Shown piece by piece: positions 43,341-54,365 of a DNA stretch of 64,000 nt (position 1 is the first letter of the stretch; the number at the start of each line of letters is the position of its first letter). The position numbers and the translations under genes were made by a program. The notes beneath the pieces were generated by a model. It saw only the letters and a list, made by a program, of their open reading frames with translations, was not told where the DNA came from and searched no databases. Source of the stretch: Waddliaceae bacterium (GTDB taxonomy: Bacteria > Chlamydiota > Chlamydiia > Chlamydiales > Waddliaceae); NCBI GenBank assembly GCA_963724325.1, contig CAVRUH010000005.1, positions 96,001 through 160,000 of the forward strand, in the 5' to 3' direction.

Positions 43341-43760
43341 ATGACACTAATGCCAAAAAGAACAAAGCACCGCAAACAACAAAAAGGCCAAATGGCTGGC
43401 ATCAGCAAAGGCGCAAATTTTGTACACTTCGGTGACTTCGGCATCCAAGTCCTAGAAAGAGGTTGGATCACCGCACGACAAATAGAAGCATGCCGCGTCG
43501 CTATCAACCGCTTCTTCAGCCGACGTGGTAAAGTCTGGATGCGCATATTCCCAGACAAACCAATTACTAAAAAACCTGCCGAAGTTCGTATGGGTAAAGG
43601 TAAAGGCGCCGTAGATCAATGGGTTGCCGTCGTTAGACCAGGCAGAATCCTCTTCGAAGTAGGCAACGTACCAAGAGAACTAGCGCAAGAAGCTCTAAGA
43701 AGAGCCTCTGCAAAATTAGGACTAAAAACACGATTCGTTGATCGCGTAGAACAAGTATAA
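43341..43760 (+). CDS. rplP: 50S ribosomal protein L16
   Basis: [22 protein letters not shown]. Confidence 0.98.
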   Translation: MTLMPKRTKHRKQQKGQMAGISKGANFVHFGDFGIQVLERGWITARQIEACRVAINRFFSRRGKVWMRIFPDKPITKKPAEVRMGKGKGAVDQWVAVVRPGRILFEVGNVPRELAQEALRRASAKLGLKTRFVDRVEQV

Positions 43761-43769
43761 GGTAAAAAT

Positions 43770-43967
43770 ATGTTAAAAGCAAAAGACCTAAGAGATAAGT
43801 CCGACGAAGAGCTACAAATGGCCCTTGAAGACACTCAAAAAGAGCTATATAAACTTAAAGATGAGAGAAAACTGACAAAAAAATTGGATAAACCACATCT
43901 CTTACGTACTAAACAGAAAGATATTGCCCGAATTCTAACTGTACAAACCGAAAAGAAAAAGGCATAA
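43770..43967 (+). CDS. rpmC: 50S ribosomal protein L29
   Basis: KAKDLR...KDIARILT; operon position. Confidence 0.95.
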   Translation: MLKAKDLRDKSDEELQMALEDTQKELYKLKDERKLTKKLDKPHLLRTKQKDIARILTVQTEKKKA

Positions 43968-43980
43968 AAGGAGACCAATA

Positions 43981-44238
43981 ATGGAAAATACAACTAGAGA
44001 TACACGTAAAACCAAAACAGGTACTGTCGTTTCTAACAAAATGGAAAAAACTGTCGTCGTTAACGTCGAAAGAACACTTCTCCACCCACAATACGGAAAA
44101 GTTATCCGTCGCGGTAAGAAATTCTACGCACACAACGAAAACGAACAACTACAAATCGGCGACAAAGTTGTAATTAGTGAAACAAGACCGCTCTCCAAAA
44201 CAAAAAGATGGCGCGTCGTTTCTAAAATAGAAGCTTAA
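43981..44238 (+). CDS. rpsQ: 30S ribosomal protein S17
   Basis: [25 protein letters not shown]. Confidence 0.97.
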   Translation: MENTTRDTRKTKTGTVVSNKMEKTVVVNVERTLLHPQYGKVIRRGKKFYAHNENEQLQIGDKVVISETRPLSKTKRWRVVSKIEA

Positions 44239-44256
44239 ATATTAAAGGGAACTAAA

Positions 44257-44625
44257 ATGATACAACAAGAATCGGAACTAGAGGTAGCTGACAACAGCGG
44301 TGCCAAACGTATAAAGTGCTTCAAAGTACTCGGCGGCTCAAAACGACGCTACGCAGGCGTAGGCGATATCATAGTCGCTTCCGTGCGCGAAGCTGACCCA
44401 CATGGCGCAGTAAAAAAAGGCGAAGTTGTCAAAGCCGTAGTCGTAAGAACTAGAACCCCCATCAAACGCGCAGACGGCTCTCAACTACGATTCGATACCA
44501 ACGCCGCCGTTCTCATAAATGATAAAAAAGAACCACGCGCATCACGCGTCTTCGGACCCGTAGCCCGTGAAATCCGTGAGAAGAATTTTCTTAAAATTTG
44601 TTCTCTAGCACCAGAGGTAATATAA
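44257..44625 (+). CDS. rplN: 50S ribosomal protein L14
   Basis: VADNSGA, FGPVARE, SLAPEV. Confidence 0.98.
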   Translation: MIQQESELEVADNSGAKRIKCFKVLGGSKRRYAGVGDIIVASVREADPHGAVKKGEVVKAVVVRTRTPIKRADGSQLRFDTNAAVLINDKKEPRASRVFGPVAREIREKNFLKICSLAPEVI

Positions 44626-44894
44626 TGACAACTAAGGAAAAAAAGACTGTAAGACACCAAAGACATATCAAAAAAGGCGATAACGTTTACGTCATTGCCG
44701 GTAACGACCGTGGACTGTCAGGTTCCGTTCTTTCACGAACAAACGATTCCGTCACCATCCAAGGGATAAACGTAAAAAAGAAACACGTAAAGAAAAGCGA
44801 ACAAAATCCCCAAGGCGGTATCATACAGTTCGAAAAGTCAATTCATATCTCTAACGTTGCTCCAAATAAAGAGAATGAATCAACCGGAAAATAA
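44625..44894 (+). CDS. rplX: 50S ribosomal protein L24
   Basis: IKKGDNVYVIAGNDRG, IHISNV; TAATG overlap with rplN. Confidence 0.95.
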   Translation: MTTKEKKTVRHQRHIKKGDNVYVIAGNDRGLSGSVLSRTNDSVTIQGINVKKKHVKKSEQNPQGGIIQFEKSIHISNVAPNKENESTGK

Positions 44895-44935
44895 GCTAAA
44901 TAAATAAGGTGAAACACTTAAAAGAGTTAAATGTA

Positions 44936-45493
44936 ATGTCAAGGCTAAAAAAACGATACAAAGATCAAATCAAAGCTGAACTTCAAAAGAAGTTCAACTA
45001 CACAAACCCAATGATGATCCCCTTTCTCAGAAAGGTAGTCATCAATATGGGCGTTGCCGAGGCGGCTAACGATAAAGGCATCCTGCAAGCACACGTAAAA
45101 GAACTTGCCCAAATATCTGGTCAAAAACCCATTCTCACTAAATCGAGAAAGGCGATCTCAAACTTCAAACTTCGCGAAGGCCAACCAATCGGCATCAAAG
45201 TGACCCTCCGCGGATTAAGAATGTACGATTTCATCGACCGTCTATTTAATATCGTCGCACCACGCATCCGTGACTTCCGAGGCTTCAACACCAAAGGCGA
45301 CGGATCAGGCAACTACACCCTAGGGATGGACGATCAACAAATTTTCCCAGAAATTAACCTGGATGAAACTAAACGCACACAAGGGATGCATATCTCATTT
45401 GTAACTAGCGCTAAAACGGATGAGGAGTCAATCGAACTACTTCGCTTGCTCGGTCTTCCATTCAAAAACCTGCCCGTTGTGGTAGCAGCTTAA
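44936..45493 (+). CDS. rplE: 50S ribosomal protein L5
   Basis: [22 protein letters not shown]. Confidence 0.97.
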   Translation: MSRLKKRYKDQIKAELQKKFNYTNPMMIPFLRKVVINMGVAEAANDKGILQAHVKELAQISGQKPILTKSRKAISNFKLREGQPIGIKVTLRGLRMYDFIDRLFNIVAPRIRDFRGFNTKGDGSGNYTLGMDDQQIFPEINLDETKRTQGMHISFVTSAKTDEESIELLRLLGLPFKNLPVVVAA

Positions 45494-45510
45494 GGAGAGG
45501 AGAAGGAATT

Positions 45511-45912
45511 ATGGCAGTAAATGATCCAGTAGCCGACTTTCTCACAAGAATTCGTAATGGTGTGAAAGCTCAACACCGCTATATCGATGTGAGTTGGAGC
45601 AAAATGAAAGAGAGCATCTCAAACATCCTAAAAGATTTCGGCTTCGTCGAAGGCTTCCTCGTTAAAAAGGACGCACCACAACGAGGAACGATAAGAATCT
45701 TTTTAAAATACGGTACCGAACGTAACCCTGTTATTTCAGGTCTCAAAAGGGTCTCAAGACCCGGTTTGCGAAAATACGTTTCTTACCAAGAGATTCCATC
45801 GTTCTACGGAGGCTTCGGTCTCTCAATCGTGTCAACCTCCCAAGGCATTTTCGCCGGGAATCAGGCAAGAGATAAGAAAATCGGCGGCGAACTGCTGTGC
45901 CTAGTTTGGTAA
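45511..45912 (+). CDS. rpsH: 30S ribosomal protein S8
   Basis: DPVADFLTRIRN, SRPGLRKY, GGELLC. Confidence 0.98.
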   Translation: MAVNDPVADFLTRIRNGVKAQHRYIDVSWSKMKESISNILKDFGFVEGFLVKKDAPQRGTIRIFLKYGTERNPVISGLKRVSRPGLRKYVSYQEIPSFYGGFGLSIVSTSQGIFAGNQARDKKIGGELLCLVW

Positions 45913-45933
45913 TGAAAGGATAGGAGAAAAAAA

Positions 45934-46476
45934 ATGACACGCAAAGGAAAAATGCCCATACCAGTACCAAAAGGTGTTGAAGTATTAGTGAAGGATTCCC
46001 AAATCCATGTAAAAGGACCCAAAGGAACTCTCCATCAAGATCTCATGCCAGAAGTCGTTATAGCAATTGAAGACGGACACGTGATCGTATCAAATAACGA
46101 TAAGATCAACACAAGAGCTAACTTCCATGGCCTATACAGAGCCCTCATCGACAATATGGTTAAAGGCGTCACCACCGGTTACCAAAAAGACCTCGAAATG
46201 ATCGGAGTAGGTTACCGTTCAGCCGTCCAAGGTAATAATCTGAACGTACAAATTGGCCACTCTCACCCGGATCTGCTTCCTATCCCAAAAGGTATCGAAG
46301 TCACCATCGAGAAAGGTACCAAAATAACAATTAAAGGCATCGACAAACAAATGGTAGGACAATTCGCGGCTACCATTCGCGCCCTAAGGAAACCAGAACC
46401 ATATCAAGGTAAAGGTATCCGATATGTCGGAGAACACGTAAGAAGAAAAGCAGGAAAAGTAGCAGCAAAAGCATAA
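45934..46476 (+). CDS. rplF: 50S ribosomal protein L6
   Basis: VKGPKG, GVGYR, PEPYQGKGIRY. Confidence 0.98.
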   Translation: MTRKGKMPIPVPKGVEVLVKDSQIHVKGPKGTLHQDLMPEVVIAIEDGHVIVSNNDKINTRANFHGLYRALIDNMVKGVTTGYQKDLEMIGVGYRSAVQGNNLNVQIGHSHPDLLPIPKGIEVTIEKGTKITIKGIDKQMVGQFAATIRALRKPEPYQGKGIRYVGEHVRRKAGKVAAKA

Positions 46477-46486
46477 TAAGGTAAAT

Positions 46487-46858
46487 ATGAAAACATTCCA
46501 TAAACAAAATCAAATTAAACGCATGAAGCGCATGGGGCGTGTACGTAAACACCTTCATGGCAACAGCATAAAACCAAGACTCTGCGTGTTGAAAACAAAT
46601 TACAACATTTATGCTCAGCTGATCGATGATGAAATCGGCCACACTCTCTGCGCTGTATCCACGCTTTCTAAAGAATTTGCAAATACCGAATTCACAAAAA
46701 AAAATAAAGCGACAGCAAAAAAAATCGGCGAAAGAATTGCCGAAATTGCTTTAGAAAAAAACATCAAAGAAGTTATCTTTGATCGCGGACCCCATAAATA
46801 CCATGGTATCCTCGCCGAATTGGCTGACGGTGCTCGCGGTATAGGTCTTAAATTTTAA
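46487..46858 (+). CDS. rplR: 50S ribosomal protein L18
   Basis: PRLCV, YAQLIDD, FDRG...YHG. Confidence 0.97.
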   Translation: MKTFHKQNQIKRMKRMGRVRKHLHGNSIKPRLCVLKTNYNIYAQLIDDEIGHTLCAVSTLSKEFANTEFTKKNKATAKKIGERIAEIALEKNIKEVIFDRGPHKYHGILAELADGARGIGLKF

Positions 46859-46874
46859 TCTTTAGGGAAAACTA

Positions 46875-47387
46875 ATGGCGAAACAAAAAGAATCACACGG
46901 TAAAGAAAAACCAGCTAGCGATATTACAGAAAAAGTTCTCTATATCAACCGCTGCTCCAAAGTTGTTAAAGGTGGTCGTAAATTTAGCTTTTCAGCCCTA
47001 ATACTAGCAGGGGACGGAAAAGGACGCATCGGATACGGCTTCGCAAAAGCAAACGAACTGACCGACGCAATCCGCAAGGGCGGCGAATCAGCAAAAAAAG
47101 ACCTTAAATCATACGCCATCGAAGGAAACACAATTCCACATGAAGTTGTCGTAGAATATGACGGCGCACGCATCCTCATGAGACCAGCTCCAGATGGCGC
47201 CGGAGTTATCGCGGGTTCCCAAGTTCGTTCCATTCTAGAAATGGCGGGAATAAAAAACATTATGGCAAAAAGCCTTGGATGCAATAACCCAATCAACCAA
47301 GTTAAAGCAACTTTTAAAGCACTAAGCATGCTTCGCACACGCAGCGATATACAAAAGCTAAGAGGTAAAAATGATCAATCTGCATAA
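46875..47387 (+). CDS. rpsE: 30S ribosomal protein S5
   Basis: INRCSKVVKGGRKFSF. Confidence 0.98.
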   Translation: MAKQKESHGKEKPASDITEKVLYINRCSKVVKGGRKFSFSALILAGDGKGRIGYGFAKANELTDAIRKGGESAKKDLKSYAIEGNTIPHEVVVEYDGARILMRPAPDGAGVIAGSQVRSILEMAGIKNIMAKSLGCNNPINQVKATFKALSMLRTRSDIQKLRGKNDQSA

Positions 47388-47838
47388 CCTAAAAAATACC
47401 ACAAAAGAACGAAAACCACGCAAAGTGTGCGGTCGTGGAATCGGCTCTGGCCTAGGTAGAACATGCGGCCGCGGAGAAAAAGGCGCAGGCTCACGCTCAG
47501 GCTACAAACGTCGCTACGGCTACGAAGGTGGTCAGTTCCGTCTATTCATGAAAATCCCCATTCGCGGATTCAACAACGCACAATTTCAACGTCGTTTAAC
47601 ATCTATTAATCTTGCTCAAATCGAACAAGTTTACAATGACGGCGATGTCGTGAATGCTGAATCACTCGCTAAACACAGTTTTTTCTCAGGAAAAATCCAT
47701 GGGATCAAACTACTCGGAACCGGCGAACTGACGAAAAAAGTATCTTTCGAAATTCATGCAATTTCAAAAGGTGCCAGAGATAAATTACAGAATGCAAAAA
47801 TTTCTTTTACTCTTCTCGGAGAGCAAAAGGACGCCTAA
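47371..47838 (+). CDS. rplO: 50S ribosomal protein L15
   Basis: GRGIGSGLGRTCGRGEKG, EGGQ. Confidence 0.97.
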   Translation: MINLHNLKNTTKERKPRKVCGRGIGSGLGRTCGRGEKGAGSRSGYKRRYGYEGGQFRLFMKIPIRGFNNAQFQRRLTSINLAQIEQVYNDGDVVNAESLAKHSFFSGKIHGIKLLGTGELTKKVSFEIHAISKGARDKLQNAKISFTLLGEQKDA

Positions 47839-47882
47839 GATCGTTTGATATTTCAAATGAATAACTTAAATGTGGGGAATTG

Positions 47883-49251
47883 ATGTTACAAGCACTACAA
47901 AGAATCAACCAAATTCCAGAGCTTCGCTCTAAAATTGTGTTCACTCTCCTGATGCTCATCGTATACCGTATTGGCGGTTTTATACCCGTTCCCGGAATCA
48001 ACGGCGAAGTAGCTGTCGGCTATTTCCGCCAACTGACCGGCGGTGGTCAAAACCTATTCCAAATGGTCGACATGTTCTCAGGCGGCGCGTTTTCTCAAAT
48101 GACCGTCATCGCCCTTGGCGTCGTTCCCTACATCTCAGCTTCTATCATCATGCAACTGTTTGTCGCCCTTTGGCCTTCTCTCCAACGCGAAGTTCGTGAG
48201 AACCCCGACCCAAGGCAAGCGAAAAATCAACAAGCTTACCAGACTAATGACCATCGGATTGGCCATCATCCAATCTACCCTGTTCGCAAAATACGCAATA
48301 GGCATGAACCTTTCACGTCCAGGTATAGTTTCTAGCGATTTACTACAATTTCATATGTTCGGCTCACCCATACTTTTTTACCTAATTTTTATCGCAACCA
48401 TGACTACCGGTACAGTATTCCTCATGTGGGTAGGTGAACAAATCACCGAAAGAGGCATCGGAAACGGAATGAGCATGATCATCACCGTAGGTATCTTATC
48501 TCAATTCCCATCCGCAATAGGACTCATCATCCAACAACTCAACCTCGACTCCCAAAACGCCGGCCAAATGAACTTCGCTTCCGTCCTCGTTCTTGTTGCA
48601 CTATTTGTATGCGTCACTCTTGGAACCATACTTATCATCCAAGGCCATCGACGCATACCACTCCAATATGCTCGCCGCGTTGTCGGAAGAAAAGAAGTTC
48701 AAGGCGGAAACTCCTACATCCCACTCAAAGTTAACTATGCAGGCGTCATACCCGTGATCTTCGCTTCATCTCTCCTGATGTTCCCAGCTACACTGGCAAC
48801 ATTCCTTGGAGGAACCTGGCTATCTACACTATCAGGTTTCTTAGATCCACGCTCATCCACTTACCTTTTCTTCTTCGTCATGCTCATCGTATTCTTTACC
48901 TACTTTTGGACCGCTACTCAATTCCGCCCCGACCAAATAGCTTCCGATATGAAGAAAAATGGCGCCTTCATACCTGGCATCAGACAAGGCAAACCAACAC
49001 AAGAATATCTCGAATCCACTATGAATCAAATCACCTTTATTGGAGCACTATTCTTAGCAATTATAGCCATCCTTCCCAACCTCGTTGGAAAATTTCTTAA
49101 TGTACCCTCAACCATAAGCTACTTTTTTGGCGGTACCTCACTACTTATTTTAGTCGGTGTCGTTCTCGATACAATGAAACAGATTGAATCCCACCTCCTC
49201 ATGAAGCGATATGAAGGCTTCATGAAAAAAGGAAGAATTAGAGGAAGATAA
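47883..49251 (+). CDS. secY: Preprotein translocase SecY (apparent frameshift near 48210)
   Basis: IPVPGI and [13 protein letters not shown] in one frame; [31 protein letters not shown] in another. Confidence 0.95.
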
Positions 49252-49321
49252 AGAATTGCACGAAATTAGAAAAGATGGTAAGATTTTAATATTCAATTTT
49301 GAAAACAATTAGGAGAGATCA

Positions 49322-49705
49322 ATGCCAAGAGTTATCGGTATCGATATACCCGACAACAAAAGATTAATCATCAGCCTCACGTATATCTACGGTGTTGGTC
49401 GATCCCGTTCGAAAGAAATTATTGAAAAATTGGGACTCAACCCCGACATGCGCGCCCTACACCTAACTCAAGACGACATTGCCCGAATTAATGGCATGCT
49501 CCAATCCGAATACATTGTAGAAGGCGATCTTCGTCGTCAAGTCCAAAACAACATTAAGAGAATGATTTCTATCCACTGCTATAGTGGAACGCGCCATCGC
49601 ATAGGACTTCCTGTACGAGGCCAACGCACAAGGACAAACTCCAGAACACGTAAGGGTAAGCGAAAAACTGTAGCCGGTAAGAAAGCGGCTGTTGCGAAAA
49701 AATAA
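49322..49705 (+). CDS. rpsM: 30S ribosomal protein S13
   Basis: [26 protein letters not shown]. Confidence 0.98.
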   Translation: MPRVIGIDIPDNKRLIISLTYIYGVGRSRSKEIIEKLGLNPDMRALHLTQDDIARINGMLQSEYIVEGDLRRQVQNNIKRMISIHCYSGTRHRIGLPVRGQRTRTNSRTRKGKRKTVAGKKAAVAKK

Positions 49706-49723
49706 GATAAGGAGAATTTAACT

Positions 49724-50149
49724 TTGGCTAAACAAACAACTGCAACAAAACCTACGACAAAAAAGAGTCCTGTTAAAACTAAAAAACGTGTCCACAGAAA
49801 TGTTCCATCTGGAATCGTACATGTAAAAGCAACATTCAATAACACCATCGTTACCATCACTGACCCAGCTGGAAGCGTCATCTCCTGGGCATCAGCAGGT
49901 AAAGAGGATTCTTCAGGATCGCGAAAATCTTCCGCATTCGCTGCCACCCTAGCTGCCCAAGATGCCGCTAAAACAGCCATGTTGCTTGGGATTAAGAGAA
50001 GTTGAAGTGAATATAAATGGACCCGGCGCCGGCCGTGAATCCGCAGTACGCGGACTGCAAAGCTCAGGTCTGGTTGTAACAACCATTACCGACGATAGAC
50101 ACCAGTACCACACAACGGGTGCCGTCCACGTAAACGAAGAAGAGTGTAA
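49724..50149 (+). CDS. rpsK: 30S ribosomal protein S11 (apparent indels)
   Basis: [36 protein letters not shown] read in shifting frames. Confidence 0.93.
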
Positions 50150-50211
50150 ATTTTTCATGTAGGATGTTGGTATGTCCCAACACCTACAATAACAATTTAG
50201 GAGTGTTTTAC

Positions 50212-51326
50212 ATGTCAGTTAAATATGGCAAATTTGAAATGCCGCAAAAAATCTCAGTAGACGAAAAAACCGCATCCAATACCTTCGCACAATTCGTTGC
50301 CGAACCATTTGAAAGAGGATTCGGTCACACCATCGGAAATTCCATGCGTCGGTATGCTGCTATCTTCCTTGAGGCACCTGCCATCATTGCTGTTCGTATC
50401 GAAGGGTTCCCCATGAATATATGTCCATCGAAGGCGTTATCGAGGATATGACGAACATCATCCTTAATTTAAAAGGAGCACTCCTACGTAAATTACCTAC
50501 CGACGAAGCACCAAACGCCCGTGGATACCGCATCCTTACTACCATTCTCGAAATCACTCAAGAAGATCTCGATAAAGGTAAAGGTCAATATGAAGTCACT
50601 CTTGGTGATATCGTTGAAAGAGGAAATTTTGAAGTCGTAAACCCTGAACTCAAAGTATTCACTGTCACCAAACCAATGAAAAAGCAAATCGACCTCCGAG
50701 TTGCTTTTGGTCGCGGTTATGTCCCTTCCGAACGCCACATTGTTTTTGATAAGACTTCAGATGAAATCCTCATCGATGCAGCTTTCTCACCTGTACGCCT
50801 CGTCAATTACCACGTAGAAAATACGCGTGTGGGACAAGATACTGATTTCGATAGATTAATCATTGAAGTCACTACTGACGGCAGAGTTACCCCAATCGAA
50901 GCCCTAAGTTTCGCCTCGCAAATCATCAATAAACATTTCGAAGTGTTTAATACACTGAATGCTCAATCACTCAGTTTTGATGAAGAAGAGGGCGTTTCAA
51001 GTTCCGATCAAGATGAAATCATGGAGAAACTCGCTCTTCGTATTGACGAAATTGAACTTTCCGTCCGTTCAACAAACTGCCTAAGCGGTGCAAATATCGA
51101 AACAATTGCAGAACTCGTTTCAATCCCAGAACGTCGTATGCTTGAATTTAGAAACTTCGGTAAGAAGTCACTCAATGAAATTAAAGCAAAACTAACCGAA
51201 ATGGGCCTCGGACTTGGCATGGACCTAACAAGATATGGAATCACTGCTGATAATGCGAAAGAAAAAGTCAGAAAATTCCAAGAAGAACAAGCAAAAAAGA
51301 AAAATAATTTTGAAGAAGCAGGATAA
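50212..51326 (+). CDS. rpoA: RNA polymerase alpha subunit (apparent indels near 50350-50420)
   Basis: EPFERGFGHTIGNSMRR; FSPV; ELSVRSTNCL; NFGKKSLNEI. Confidence 0.95.
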
Positions 51327-51332
51327 TTTAAC

Positions 51333-51761
51333 ATGAGACACCTTAAACAAAGACGAAAACTGGGACGCACCACTTCGCATAATCGTTGCATGCTAGCTAA
51401 CATGCTTAAGTCACTTATTATCAACGAACGCATAAATACAACCGTCCCAAAAGCAAAGCTATTGAGATGTTATGCAGACCGCATGATAACACTTGCAAAG
51501 CAAAACTCACTAGCCGCTAAACGTCGCGCGATTGCTGAAATGATGATCCGATACAATACTTTAACCCCAAAAGAGGCTCGCCAAGCTAAAGCCGGTGACA
51601 CCTCTGCCTACAACGACGACCGCAATGTAATCAACAAGCTCTTCGCAGATCTTGGTGTTCGCTTTGCAACTCGAGATGGCGGTTATACCCGTATCATCAA
51701 AAATGACCATCGCGTTGGTGATGGAGCAGATACTTGCATCATTGAATATCTGGAAAGATAA
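51333..51761 (+). CDS. rplQ: 50S ribosomal protein L17
   Basis: MRH...[19 protein letters not shown]. Confidence 0.97.
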   Translation: MRHLKQRRKLGRTTSHNRCMLANMLKSLIINERINTTVPKAKLLRCYADRMITLAKQNSLAAKRRAIAEMMIRYNTLTPKEARQAKAGDTSAYNDDRNVINKLFADLGVRFATRDGGYTRIIKNDHRVGDGADTCIIEYLER

Positions 51762-51807
51762 TTAGGAATATGAGATCATCCGATCTCAACCCTAATGGAG
51801 GTATTCT

Positions 51808-52833
51808 ATGGCAGTTAATGTTGCAATAAATGGATTTGGTAGAATAGGTCGTCTCGCTTTTCGCATAATGGCGAAACGAGGCGATTTTAATATTGTTGCT
51901 ATAAACGATCTTGTCCCTCCGGATAATCTCGCTTACCTCCTCAAGTATGATACAGTCCATCGTCAATTTCCTGGTGAAGTTTCCTTTGAAGGAAATAACC
52001 TGATTGTGAATGGAAAGAAAACACAAGTGCTTTCTGAAAGAGATCCAGAGAAGTTGCCCTGGAAGGCCCTCAATGTCGACTATGTCATTGAGTCTACAGG
52101 ACTATTCACTTCCCCAGAGCTAGCTCAGAAGCACCTGAAAGCAGGGGCTAAACGTGTTCTTATTTCAGCACCAGCAAAAGGGGATGTGCCTACTTTTGTA
52201 ATGGGAGTTAATAACCAAAAGTTTAACCCATCGACAGACTTCATAGTTTCTAACGCATCGTGTACAACGAATTGTTTAGCGCCTATTACTAAAGTTTTGC
52301 TCGATAACTTTGGCATTGAAGAAGGGTTAATGACGACAGTTCATTCTCTAACGGCTTCACAACCTACAGTGGATGGACCATCTCATAAAGACTTGCGTGG
52401 TGGTAGAAGTGCTTCCCAGAATATTATACCATCATCAACTGGAGCTGCAAAAGCTGTAGCGCTTTGCATACCTGAAATAAAAGGCAAATTGACTGGAATG
52501 GCCTTCAGGATACCGACGGTGGATGTTTCTGTTGTAGATTTAACAGTTCGATTGACAAAATCTACAACATATGAAACAATCTGTCAAGCTATGAAAAAGG
52601 CCTCTGAGAATGAGATGAAGGGAATATTATCGTATTGTGATGAACCAGTGGTGTCATCTGATTTTATTGGAAGTACCTTTTCTGCCATTTTCGATAAAGA
52701 GGCAGGAATTGCTTTAAATGATAAATTTATAAAAGTTGTCGCCTGGTATGACAATGAAAATGGCTATGCCTCACGCGTTGTGGATCTTCTAGCATATATG
52801 GCATCGCGCGAGCCTAGCAATAAAAACTCCTAA
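51808..52833 (+). CDS. gap: Glyceraldehyde-3-phosphate dehydrogenase
   Basis: [26 protein letters not shown]. Confidence 0.98.
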   Translation: MAVNVAINGFGRIGRLAFRIMAKRGDFNIVAINDLVPPDNLAYLLKYDTVHRQFPGEVSFEGNNLIVNGKKTQVLSERDPEKLPWKALNVDYVIESTGLFTSPELAQKHLKAGAKRVLISAPAKGDVPTFVMGVNNQKFNPSTDFIVSNASCTTNCLAPITKVLLDNFGIEEGLMTTVHSLTASQPTVDGPSHKDLRGGRSASQNIIPSSTGAAKAVALCIPEIKGKLTGMAFRIPTVDVSVVDLTVRLTKSTTYETICQAMKKASENEMKGILSYCDEPVVSSDFIGSTFSAIFDKEAGIALNDKFIKVVAWYDNENGYASRVVDLLAYMASREPSNKNS

Positions 52834-52846
52834 CCTGGAAAAAAAA

Positions 52847-53578
52847 GTGGATTTTACTCGAGAACCAATTATAGAAAGCATTATATCTCCGAAAGAAGGT
52901 TATAAGCTTGTTATTAGAAGCAGCAAAGGTGCAGGACACGAAGAATTTTTTGTGGACGTTGTCGAAGTTGTATCTTTTGGACACACATTTTTTCTTCGAT
53001 CGCTTGAAAGGGCAAAAGCTTTCTTAGTTCCTGCTTCGGACTATGAAATATTAGAAGTCCGTGAAACACGCATGGTATTGAAGAATGTCGGAATGGACAG
53101 CAACATCAAGATTGGTGGAGGAAAGGAACAGCCATCTAAAAAAGAGGAAAAACCACAACAACCTAAAGAAGCTGCTGAAGCCGAAGACAAGTTGGAGAAG
53201 CGAAGGGATAGAAGAAGGCAGTCACGTCGAAGACGCAATCGTGAAGATGTTGAACAGAAGGATCAGCCGCTAGAAGAGGTACTTGCGGTTCCTCAAGACG
53301 CTGTAACTGAAGAAGGCAATCCCACTCCGCCTCGTGGAACGGGATTTGCAACATTGTTGCCGCCTCCTTCAACACTGATTTCGGAGACTATTGCGCGGTA
53401 TAAGGGAGATCAGTCATTTAAGGATGTTTTTTTTCCTAAGGAAGAGGCAGTACTTGAATCAGAGTTTGTGCCTCCTTTTGAGCCTGAGGATGAAGAGCTC
53501 TCTGACGATCCATTTAATATAAAGGATGAGGAGCCGGAGGATGTTTCTGCTCCATCGATGGAGCCAGACGAACAATAA
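52847..53578 (+). CDS. grgA: Chlamydial transcription factor GrgA (CT504-like)
   Basis: N-terminus FTREPIIESIISPKEGYKL...FLVPASDYEILEVRET resembles recalled GrgA; basic middle, acidic tail; downstream of gap as in Chlamydia. Confidence 0.8.
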   Translation: MDFTREPIIESIISPKEGYKLVIRSSKGAGHEEFFVDVVEVVSFGHTFFLRSLERAKAFLVPASDYEILEVRETRMVLKNVGMDSNIKIGGGKEQPSKKEEKPQQPKEAAEAEDKLEKRRDRRRQSRRRRNREDVEQKDQPLEEVLAVPQDAVTEEGNPTPPRGTGFATLLPPPSTLISETIARYKGDQSFKDVFFPKEEAVLESEFVPPFEPEDEELSDDPFNIKDEEPEDVSAPSMEPDEQ

Positions 53579-53609
53579 ATATGTGGAGCCAGTTATTGGT
53601 TCCCCACCT

Positions 53610-53692
53610 GCTCGGGTGGTGAAATGGTAGACACTAAGGACTTAAAATCCTTTGTCCTAACGGACGTGCCGGTTCGAGTCCGGCCCCGAGCA
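53610..53692 (+). tRNA. tRNA-Leu (anticodon TAA)
   Basis: Acceptor gctcggg/cccgagc, D-loop TGGTAGAC, anticodon arm aagga-CTTAAAA-tcctt, long variable arm, GGTTCGAGTCC; CCA not encoded. Confidence 0.96.
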
Positions 53693-53772
53693 ATACAAAA
53701 CCACATACGACTCCCTCGTATGTCTCCCTAACAGATGCATATCAAGATTATACAAGCACGTGAATTTGGAGT

Positions 53773-53819
53773 GACCCAATTCATTGGGTCTTATTCCGAG
53801 CCCTATTTATTGGGCTCGG
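53773..53819. repeat. Pair of small REP-like hairpins
   Basis: gacccaattcattgggtc and ccgagccctatttattgggctcgg. Confidence 0.5.
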
Positions 53820-54121
53820 TGAGCGGTGATATTCTCCCTTTCCCTACACAAGACGTGTGAGTGCGATGGTCACCCCTTTAGCCTGGTCATTTCAGCTTCC
53901 CGACCAATGAATTTGGAAAGACTCATTTTTATTGCTCCATTTTTAATCTTATCATAAACTTTTAGCTTTATAAAATCAATCAGCAAAATGCCATTTGTCG
54001 ATTTGTTGATCGTTTTTGAATTGATCAAATTCAATCAACAAAAGGTTATTTGTCGATTTACTGATGATTTTTTGTCATAAAATTTGAGGGCACCAGTCCA
54101 TCAACAGTTTGCAAAAGACTT

Positions 54122-54202
54122 GGCCTTCGCTTCGCTACGGCCGGCGGCGATTTTGGGCGCTTTGCGCCCAAAATCGCCGCCGGCCGTAGCGAAGCGAAGG
54201 CC
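54122..54202. repeat. Perfect GC-rich palindrome (39-bp arms, 3-nt loop)
   Basis: ggccttcgcttcgctacggccggcggcgattttgggcgc-ttt-exact reverse complement. Confidence 0.95.
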
Positions 54203-54252
54203 TTTCTTTTAAGTTTTGAAATACCAGGCTTGACCTCTAAAGAAAAAAAGAC

Positions 54253-54286
54253 TTGCAATTAATGTTGTAATGTTGTAATATTACAA
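54253..54286 (+). promoter_or_regulatory. sigma66-type promoter overlapped by a TrpR-operator-like palindrome
   Basis: -35 TTGCAA (54253-58), N17, -10 TAATAT (54276-81); TTGTAAT-N8-ATTACAA at 54265-54286; trpR 2.4 kb downstream. Confidence 0.75.
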
Positions 54287-54308
54287 TATATTTTAAGGAA
54301 GACAGATT

Positions 54309-54365
54309 ATGAAACATTTTATGATACACCAATTTCGTTGGCGTTTTTGGGCAACAGCCCGATAA
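54309..54365 (+). CDS. Putative Trp leader peptide MKHFMIHQFRWRFWATAR (TrpL-like)
   Basis: AAGGA RBS, 18 codons with two TGG, lying between the operator and the first gene. Confidence 0.7.
   Translation: MKHFMIHQFRWRFWATAR

Noticed and set aside
42058..50451. Programmed frameshifting or true pseudogenes in rpsS, secY, rpsK and rpoA
   Set aside because: Scattered indels in essential genes without slippery-site signatures are better explained by sequencing error.
39496..51761. Absence of rpsJ, rpsN, rpmD, adk, infA, rpmJ and rpsD from the ribosomal cluster as a novelty
   Set aside because: As far as I recall this matches the usual chlamydial arrangement.
53704..53722. catacg...cgtatg hairpin as an empty or minimal copy of the 14779-15703 element
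   Set aside because: Only 6 bp shared with the terminal IR, too short to distinguish from chance.
54058..54258. 66-aa minus-strand ORF
   Set aside because: Stays open because it crosses the GC-rich palindrome; no recognisable RBS or domain.
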